NCBI GenBank assembly: GCA_964016885.1
Contig: OZ024752.1
Location: 11,904,001 to 11,968,000, forward strand
Origin: Eledone cirrhosa
Lineage: Eukaryota
Direction of reading: 5' to 3'
Length of the DNA: 64,000 nt
Shown one piece after another: positions 55,227 to 64,000 of the stretch. A program made the translations under genes and the position numbers. The notes below the pieces were generated by a model, which was not told the origin of the DNA, did not search any database, and saw nothing but the letters and a program-made list of their open reading frames with translations. Position 1 is the stretch's first letter. The number at the start of each line of letters is the position of its first letter.

Positions 55227-56814
55227 TTTATTATATAGAAACTATGTTATATGACAGCTACAGCTTGATAACATCCGTCTTCTCCATTAGGTGGATATTA
55301 TGATCTGGTCATGTCAGCCGAGTTTGGGAGGATGGGTGGTTTCATGTTTGATTTGTCAAATTTGGAAGGTAAGTATGGTTTGTTAGGCAGGAATCATGGC
55401 TACAAGTTGCAGCATATTACAATATTATTTCTCCTAGTTTATATACTTTTAATATGTTACCCAATATACTCAATAGTTATCTATGTTTCTTATTAGGCAG
55501 AAACTGTTCTGTTTTATCTCTCTCGGGCTTATTCTTTTGTCTGTTATTAGTAAACATATTTATATAAACAATAAGAATTCATATAATTTCATAATGACTG
55601 TTTATAAAATATATAGAATGGTTTCTACTTTAGGCACAAGGCCAGCAATTTGAAGGGGGAGGTGGGAGAGTCGATTAAATCGACACCAGTGCATTACTGG
55701 TACTATTTTATTGACCCCGTAAAGATGGAAGGCAAAGCTAACAATGGCAGGGATTTGAACTCGGAATGTAAAAGGTCATAACTCTATGCTGAAAAGCATG
55801 GTGTCTGATGCTCTACCGATTCCACCAATCCACTGCCCTTATAAAATATATATATAATAACAATATATATTCTTAATATCAATTTATATAACTCATGATA
55901 TCAAATTATATGATGCATAATAAATTGACTAAACATAAATTGTATGAGTTTTTGCAAAAAAAAACGAAACAGAAAATAACTTATATAATTCATTATAAAA
56001 ATTCTTATAATCTATAAAAATTCTTCATCTTTGTTTAGTGTAGAATGTAAGAAGAAATAAAGGAAAGGAGACGATTGTCAGATGTTTCCAATGGTCTTTC
56101 CATTCCCAATAATTGTAACCGATTTAGACACAAAACCAACAATTTTATAGAAGGAGAAAGTCAATTAAATCGACCCCAGTGCTTTATTTTACCGACCCCT
56201 ATCTGCTTGCTACAACTCCTTCTTCACAAAATTAACAAAATGAAACTCAATTTTACAAGAATGGATCTGATCTCTCTGTGTTAGAGTCTCTGGAATGAAA
56301 TGAAAGTATCGTGTTTGTTTGGTTTATTTATTTATTTTTTATTTTTTTTATTTATTTTTTTTATTTATTTTTTTTATTTATGAGAGATATACATGGTTAT
56401 CTTTCAAAGGCCAAATTCCCTGACTGGTTAACCCTTTAGCATTTACATTACTCTATATTTACTATTATATTTTCATGGTAAAGGCTTTATCTCGCATAAT
56501 ATCAAATCTATGAGATTCTGATATTATTTATTTTGAGAACAATACATTAACATCAGTATGAGCGGCCAGTTACAGCCAGTTTGAACAGAAGGAGGTGAGA
56601 TAATTCTGGCCGGATACGGATGGTTAAAATGCTAAAGGGTTAAAGAATATCTTTACCTCATTATTAGATACAAAACATATACAACAAAAACTCAAAACAA
56701 AGTCAACACTGTATTAATTAAACTAAAAGGTTAGGTGGCCAATATCTGCTCTTCACATATCCACATGTATTATTAATTCTATCATGTTTTTATTTTTTAA
56801 AAAATCCTTTTCAC

Positions 56815-56917
56815 TTAATCACCCATTGAAGTCAAACCTCCGCTGGTTTCATTCTCAAATCCTTTCACAGCTACTCTTTGGAACTCTTCCATCACAAGAT
56901 CATAGTCTTCTCTATCT
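56815..56917 (-). CDS. arrestin terminal coding exon DREDYDLVMEEFQRVAVKGFENETSGGLTSMGD*
   Basis: Poly-T CAG acceptor; DLVMEEFQRVAVKG aligns with the arrestin C-tail DIVFEDFARxRLKG; GGLTSM end recalls squid arrestin (from memory). Upstream exons were not found in the window. Confidence 0.87.
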
Positions 56918-57146
56918 CTGAAAAAAAAAGAACATATATATAACTATATAATATATTATAATATATATAATACATATATGTATATAATATATATATATAT
57001 ATATATAATATATGTATATATATATTATTGACACTCCAGTTGATACCTTATCGATAACATTAAAAAAAATATAAATCGTAGAGTGATTTACGTCTGTTTA
57101 CGACAAAAGTTGGTGGATTATTTGATCAACCAACTTTCCTAAGTTG

Positions 57147-57184
<38 letters not shown>

Positions 57185-57392
57185 GTATATGTATGTATTT
57201 TTTCTCGCGAGTCAGTTCTTTCATTGCTATGGACCCCGCGGCTGAATTACCGGTTGCTATCTTCAATTTGCAAAGCCCTTTAAACTGTATGTTATTACTC
57301 TGAGGTCCTATACCTTGTCGAGTGCTTGGCTGCACTTCTGATTGCATTCGTCGGCTTAGCTGCGGCTCGAGCTTCGAATATGCTGTACTTCC

Positions 57393-57454
<62 letters not shown>

Positions 57455-57455
<1 letters not shown>

Positions 57456-57950
57456 AAGATTAAACAAGGTTCAATGAATAAATCAAAGAATTAGTTTTAC
57501 AATAGAGAAGAAGCACTCCACAGAAATGGTTTTCCGGAGTTATTAATATTAATTCAAAATATTAACAAAAATAGACATTCGTGTGATCAAATATATTTTA
57601 TTATGCGTATTTCAGAGGTACTGAGCTATCTTCAACAGTACATCCTCATCAGATAAAATAAGATGATGCATGACATACCCTGACTAAGTAGATGGTTAAA
57701 ATTCAGTCATTGATGGTTAAAATTCAGGTCTTGAAAGACAAAAATATTAACTATAACATCTCTTGGAAAAGGGTTTCTTCTGCTTCTCCATACTTGAACA
57801 GTTCTCTATCCAAGACATGCAATCTCTGTTTAAGTGAAAAATTTACCATTATATCTAATTTAGATTCTATAATAAATAGACGCACTGACTTGTTTTCTCT
57901 CTGCTTGCATAAATTCCACAGAACATTCCATAAAGTATACAGCTAATATC
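57455..57950 (+). mobile_element. PLE fragment: inverted pLTR with hammerhead followed by the endonuclease C-terminus
   Basis: LKDKNINYNISWK...CNLCLSEK...INRRTDLFSLC, homologous to 37950-38130. Confidence 0.8.
57594..57660 (-). ncRNA. type I hammerhead ribozyme motif in the last arrestin intron (sense strand)
   Basis: TATTTTAT-CTGATGA-GGA(T)GTACTG..CAGTAC(C)TCT-GAAA-TACGCA-TA-ATAAAATA. Confidence 0.83.
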
Positions 57951-58461
57951 TAATACTTTATCAATTTAAAATCCTTTTCTCAAAGGCACATATATATATA
58001 CATATATATTTCTTTAAAAATATACCCATCTTTCTACCTTATTTCAAAGTTATTTATTATACATTATATAATACTAGTTACTCATTCTATATCACTCCTA
58101 TTTATCACTTCTCTTTCTTTCTTTTTTCCTTTTCTTTTCTTTTTTTCTTTTTCTTTTTCTTTTAATTTCTAACCCCTAATCTGTACCTTTTCTTCCTAGA
58201 TACTTATCAATTATCATTGTGCCTAATGTAGAAACAATTATTACACAGTACAATATATTCTTACTTTATATCACCTTGAAAAAATCCTTCGTAAACATAA
58301 ACATTTTTTGACGTTAGATTATTCATCCTCAATTCATTATTTTTTTCTCCCTTTCATGCTCATCTAACTTATTCATCCAATCTTCTACTTCTTTCACAAT
58401 ATATCCTTACTTACATTACTATTGCTATATTTTTATATTTTTTAATAATACATATCAACAA

Positions 58462-59553
58462 TACATGTGTAATGTTATACACATGTGGTGTAATGTTATA
58501 TACATGTGGTGTAATGTTATATACATGTGGTGTAATGTTATATACATGTGTAATGTTATACACATGTGGTGTAATGTTATTTACATGTGGTGCAATGTTA
58601 TATACATGTGGTGTAATGTTATATACATGTGGTGCAATGTTATATACATGTGGTGTAATGTTATATACATGTGGTGCAATGTTATATATATGTGGTGTAA
58701 TGTTATACACTATGTGGTGTAATGTTATATACATGTGGTGCAATGTTATATACATGTGGTGTAATGTTACAGGTGGTGTAATGTTATATACATGTGGTGC
58801 AATGTTATATACATGTGGTGCAATGTTATATACATGTGGTGTAATGTTATACACTATGTGGTGTAATGTTATATACATGTGATGTAATGTTATATACATG
58901 TGGTGCAATGTTACAGGTGGTGTAATGTTATATACATGTGGTGTAATGTTATATACATGTGGTGCAATGTTATATACATGTGGTGTAATGTTATGCACTA
59001 TGTGGTGTAATGTTATATACATGTGGTGTAATGTTATATACATGTGGTGCAATGTTACAGGTGGTGTAATGTTATATACATGTGGTGCAATGTTATATAC
59101 ATGTGGTGTAATGTTATATACATGTGGTGTAATGTTATATACATGTGGTGCAATGTTACATGTGGTGTAATGTTATATACATGTGGTGCAATGTTATATA
59201 CATGTGGTGTAATGTTATACACTATGTGGTGTAATGTTATATACATGTGATGTAATGTTATATACATGTGGTGCAATGTTACAGGTGGTGTAATGTTATA
59301 TACATGTGGTGCAATGTTACAGGTGGTGTAATGTTATATACATGTGGTGCAATGTTATATACATGTGGTATAATGTTATATACATGTGGTGTAATGTTAT
59401 ACACATGTGGTGTAATGTTATATACATGTGGTGCAATGTTACAGGTGGTGTAATGTTATATACATGTGGTGTAATGTTATATACATGTGGTGCAATGTTA
59501 CAGGTGGTGTAATGTTATATACATGTGGTGCAATGATATATACATGTGGTGCA
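58462..59553. repeat. 21-bp minisatellite in the last arrestin intron
   Basis: Unit CATGTGGTGYAATGTTATATA. Confidence 0.97.
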
Positions 59554-59619
59554 CCTTCCTCATGTCCCAATGACATAACAAAGGAGAGAAAGAATATAAA
59601 TATAGAACTGTTATCTTAC

Positions 59620-59706
59620 TCTTCACTTGCTCTTTCTTCTGGTTTCAAAGAATTGCCCTTCAGTCTACTTGGGGCTAACTTAAATGGGACTTCTAAAATC
59701 ATGTCT
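59620..59706 (-). CDS. arrestin (cephalopod visual type), penultimate coding exon DMILEVPFKLAPSRLKGNSLKPEERASE
   Basis: TTTACAG acceptor, GTAAG donor, 87 nt phase 2-2; matches the arrestin C-domain end motif (ELPF/EVPFKL) and splices in frame to 56917. Confidence 0.87.
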
Positions 59707-59771
59707 CTGTAAACAGACAAATATTAGTTGGAATATCACATAGATAGCTTAATACATATATGACTTTGATA

Positions 59772-60600
59772 TGACAGACTGAGACAGACAGACAGACTGA
59801 CTGTGACAGACAGACAGACTGAGACAGACAGACAGACTGACTGAGACAGACAGACAGACTGAGACAGACAGACAGACTGACTGAGACAGACAGACAGACT
59901 GAGACAGACAGACAGACTGAGAGACTGAGAGACTGAGAGACAGACAGACTGAGAGACAGAGAGACAGACAGACAGAGGCAGACAGACAGACAGACTGAGA
60001 GGCAGACAGACAGACAGACTGAGAGGCAGACAGACAGACTGAGAGACAGACAGAGAGACAGACAGAGAGACAGACAGACAGACTGAGAGACAGACAAACA
60101 GACAGACTGAGAGACACAGACAGAGAGACAGACTGAGAGACAGACTGAGAGACAGACTGAGAGACAGACAGACTGACTGAGAGACAGACAGAGAGGCGGA
60201 CAGAGAGGCAGACAGACAGACAGACAGACAGACAGACATACAGACAGAGAGACAGACAGACATACTGAGAGACAGACTGAGAGACAGACAGAGAGGCGGA
60301 CAGAGAGGCAGACAGACAGACAGAGAGGCAGACAGACAGACAGACATACAGACAGAGAGACAGACAGACATACTGAGAGACAGACTGAGAGATAGACAGA
60401 CAGACTGAGAGACAGACAAACAGACAGACAGACTGAGAGACAGAGAGACAGAGACAGACAGAGAGACAGAGATACAGACAGACAGACAGAGAGATGGAGG
60501 GACAGACATACAGACAGACATACAGACAGAGACACAGACAGAGAGACAGACAGACAAACAGGCAGAGAGAGAGAGACAGACAGACAGACAGAGAGAGAGG
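59772..60600. repeat. (GACA)n/(GA)n compound microsatellite
   Basis: Direct inspection. Confidence 0.95.
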
Positions 60601-60609
60601 GATACACCT

Positions 60610-61010
60610 GTCAGTTCATTGGTGATCAATGAAGACCATGACTTTGGCTCCGTGATTGATTGAGTCCCACATGTTCTACATGTCAGCAGATCGCTGATGT
60701 GACTGATTCTGGCATGAAAATTAATGGCCATATTCACAGAGCATATGTTTTGTGGCTTCATTTGAAGTACTCGTTGATTGGGTTTTGTGGAGTTCACATC
60801 TGGTTTCTGATGCCTGTGTCTCTCTTGTGAGGATTTTGTGTCCTCAGAATTTTATACCAACATTCAAGACTTCCAGTGCATCTTTCGTATATTATTGCTG
60901 TACTTTTCCCACTGTCAACTGTTCCCTTCCATATAGCGGGTTAGCCATACAGGAGTTGCTTTGGTATACTCTTACTGTTCATGTGGACAACATGAAACCT
61001 GTCCAGTGAA
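60610..61010 (-). mobile_element. degenerate LINE 3' fragment (RTE-like)
   Basis: ELLYG-type motif and C-terminal Cys remnants, broken frame. Confidence 0.5.
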
Positions 61011-61399
61011 TGTGGTACAGGCTGAAACTGAAGTATATCATCATCATCATCATCATCATCATTTCATTTTGCGTCCACTTTTTTCCTGCTTGCATGGGTG
61101 GGACGGGAACTGATGCTGGCTTGATTTCTACAGCTGGATGCCCTTCCTAACACCAACCTCATTTACAGTGAGTGCTGGGTGCTTTTTGTTTTTGCTGTGG
61201 CACCTCCACGGCCACTTTACAGTGGAATGATAGGGACCCCAGTCCCTATCATCTCATTTCTACAGCTGAGTAAACTGGAGCAATGTGAAATAAAGTGTCT
61301 TGCTCAAGGAAACGGTGATGATGATGATAGTATGCACCACCCCATTCTACCCACTCCCATACATCCCCTATGAGGACAAGCAGAAGTATACATCCAGTG

Positions 61400-62285
61400 A
61401 AGCCCCCAGCCCACACTGTAAAGTGGTTGTGATGGTGACACAACAAAAAGTACCCAGTCCATACTGTAAAGTGGTCATGTAGGTAACACAACAAAAAGAC
61501 CCTGGCCCACACTGAAAAGTGGTCATGTAGGTGTCACAACCAAAAGTACCCAGTCCACACTGTAAGGTGGTCATGTAGGTGTCACAACAAAAAGCACCCA
61601 GTCCACACTGTAAAGTGGTCATGTAGGTGTCACAACAAAAAACACCCATTCTACACTGTAAAGTGGTCATGTAGGTGTCACAACAAAAAATACCCAGTCT
61701 ACACTGTAAAGTGGTCATGTAGGTGTCACAACAAAAAATACCCAGTCTACACTGTAAAGTGGTCATGTAGGTGTCACAACAAAAAATACCCAGTCTACAC
61801 TGTAAAGTGGTCATGTAGGTGTCACAACAAAAAATACCCAGTCTATACTGTAAAGTGGTCATGTAGGTGTCACAACAAAAAGCACCCAGTCCACACTGTA
61901 AAGTGGTTATGTAGGTGTCACAACCAAAAGTACCCAGTCTACACTGTAAAGTGGTCATGTAGGTGTCACAACAAAACGCACCAAGTCCATACTGTAAAGT
62001 GGTCATGTAGGTGTCATGACAAAAAGTACCCAGTCCACACTGTAAAGTGGTCATGTAGGTGTCACAACAAAACGCACCAAGTCCATACTGTAAAGTGGTC
62101 ATGTAGGTGTCACAACAAAAAGCACCCAGCCCACACTGTAAAACGGTCGTAGGTATCATGCCAAAAAGCACCCAGTCCACACTGTAAAGTGGTCATGTAG
62201 GTATCACAACAAAAAGCACCCAGTTCTCACTGTAAAGTGGTCATGTAGGTGTCATGACAAAAAGCACCCAGAACTCACTGTAAAT
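61400..62285. repeat. 48-bp minisatellite, about 18 copies, continuous with a SINE/RTE-type tail to about 62453
   Basis: Unit GTAAAGTGGTCATGTAGGTGTCACAACAAAAAGYACCCAGTCYACACT. Confidence 0.95.
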
Positions 62286-63019
62286 GAGGTTGGCATTAGG
62301 AAGGGCATCCAGCTGTAGAAACCAAGCTAAAATCAGTTCTATATGTGCAAGACATGGTCACCTGACCTAGCATTGCCCACAATAGAACAACTTCTCTAAC
62401 CCATGACAGCATGAAAAAATTGATATAAAACAGTGATGATGATGATGATGATGAATGTATAGATGGAAGCTGCACCCACTGGAGTTATTCCATGTCTGGA
62501 ACTTTCTCTTGTCATTTAGTGTGGAACAACCTTTGGAGACATAAGGCATGAAAATGGTTCAGTTATCTGGTGTGTTTGGGTTTCACAGACATAAAGGAGT
62601 GTTGTCAGTATGACAAAGAGTTACGGCCCTTTATGGTCTGAGTTCAAATCCTGCTGAGGTTAACTTTGTCTTTCATCCTTACGGGATCATTAACATAAAT
62701 ACCAGTAATGCACTGGGTAATTGCTGGCCTTGTGCCAAAAGTAAAAACAAATAGATATTTCACAGTTATTGAGGATATAAGCCACCATGTTGTCATGAAG
62801 CAGCCCGGTAATGGTTTCTGATTTAATCACAAGGCCAACAATTTTGGGTGAGGGGAAAGTCGATTAAATCAACCTCAGTGTGTTACTGGTACTTTATTTT
62901 ACCAACCCTGTAAGGATGAAAGGCAAAGCTAACGTTGGCGTGGATTTGAGCTCAGCACATAAAGGGCTTAAACTCTATGCTGCGAAGCCTGGTGTCCGAC
63001 ACTCTACCGATACTGCCCG

Positions 63020-63380
63020 ATAATATTGGTAAATTTGTCTTGACAATGATACTTAATAATCTTCTAAAGGCCTTCATGACTTACTGTATTGAGTACTTTG
63101 ATTAGATCCACAAATGTGGTATATAAACTCAACTGTTATTCTTAATATTCACATTGTAGTTTGTCTTGCAGCAAATTACCATGCTTACAATGGTACATCC
63201 CGCACGGAAGCTCTATTGCTTTTTCTGTGAGCAAACTATTTTCGAGGTGTTTGATGAAGCGGTTCAGCAGAACTTTAGTAAGAAGCTTCTTGGCAATGGG
63301 CATCAGGGAGACGTCATGGGAGTTGTCACAGAATTGCCTGTTCTCTTTGTACTTGTAGACTTCAACATCTTTGGATTCCT
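63020..63380 (-). mobile_element. degenerate LINE RT fragment
   Basis: Remnants of RT motifs (FRAGC, FVDL-like) across frameshifts. Confidence 0.55.
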
Positions 63381-64000
63381 TTAACCCTTTAACATCTACA
63401 TTATATATATACTATTGTATTTTTGTGGTAAAGGCTTTATCTCACAAAATTATCACACATCATTTTGAATCTATGAGGTTTTTATATTTATTTTGAGAAC
63501 AATACTTTAACATCAGTGTGAGCATGCAGTTATGGCTGGTTTGAACAGAAAGAGGTGAGAGAATTCTGGCCAGATATGGCCGGAATAAATGCTAAAGGGT
63601 TAAGAGATTGCCTTGGTTCTAGATAGATAGAAATAGTCCTGTTAAATGCTTTTGTAGAATGAGTTCATTAGATTTATATTTCTGTAGGGATGATATCTGA
63701 TCCAGGAGATTGTCATAGGGCCAATACTTAATAGCTTTTGTCACTTCTTCAATAAGATGATTGTCTAGTGCGACGTTTGTTTCGACTTAACCCTGTAGCA
63801 TTTAAACCGGCTGTATCCGGTCAGAATTCTCTCACCTCTTTCTGTTCAAACCAGCCATAACCAGCTGTTCATACTGATACTATGGTATTGTTCTCAAAAT
63901 AAATAATATCAAAATTTCATAGGTTCGATATGATGTGAGATAATTATGTAAGATAAAGCCTTTACCGTGAAAATGTAATAGTATATATAGAGTAATGTAG

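Noticed and set aside
58411-62180. ORFs MWCNVIY-, SVCL- and CCDTYMTTLQ-repeat
   Set aside because: Translations of the 21-bp, (GACA)n and 48-bp arrays.
60601-64000. Further arrestin exons
   Set aside because: Non-tandem stretches here translate as degenerate LINE pieces; no arrestin-like exon with splice sites was found.

Overview
AT-rich, repeat-saturated eukaryotic DNA, most likely an octopod cephalopod (inferred from the arrestin sequence and repeat landscape); nothing looks prokaryotic and there is no CRISPR array. The ORF track misses two real minus-strand genes. One is a complete 10-exon NSFL1C/p47 gene (UBA-SEP-UBX p97 cofactor, 371 aa, 34000->14941) whose last intron is U12-type and whose exon 3 is partly duplicated around a mariner insertion. 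The other is the last two coding exons of a cephalopod-type (visual) arrestin (59706->56815). All long ORFs in the track are read-throughs of tandem arrays. The rest is RTE, R4-like, CRE and CR1/L2 LINE fragments, tRNA-derived SINEs, hAT/piggyBac/Tc1 MITEs, a mariner relic and Penelope-like elements (PLEs). The main discovery candidate is about ten loci of sequence-divergent but structurally conserved type I hammerhead ribozymes, carried by short PLE-derived fold-back elements in (TA)n tracts. Seven loci share a pyrimidine-pyrimidine mismatch at stem II position 4 and an 8-nt palindromic or near-palindromic stem III, and most elements have a downstream ACTC...GAGT(G/A)C tail motif. One ribozyme lies in sense orientation in the last arrestin intron. 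All folding and alignment was done by eye; repeat boundaries are approximate.
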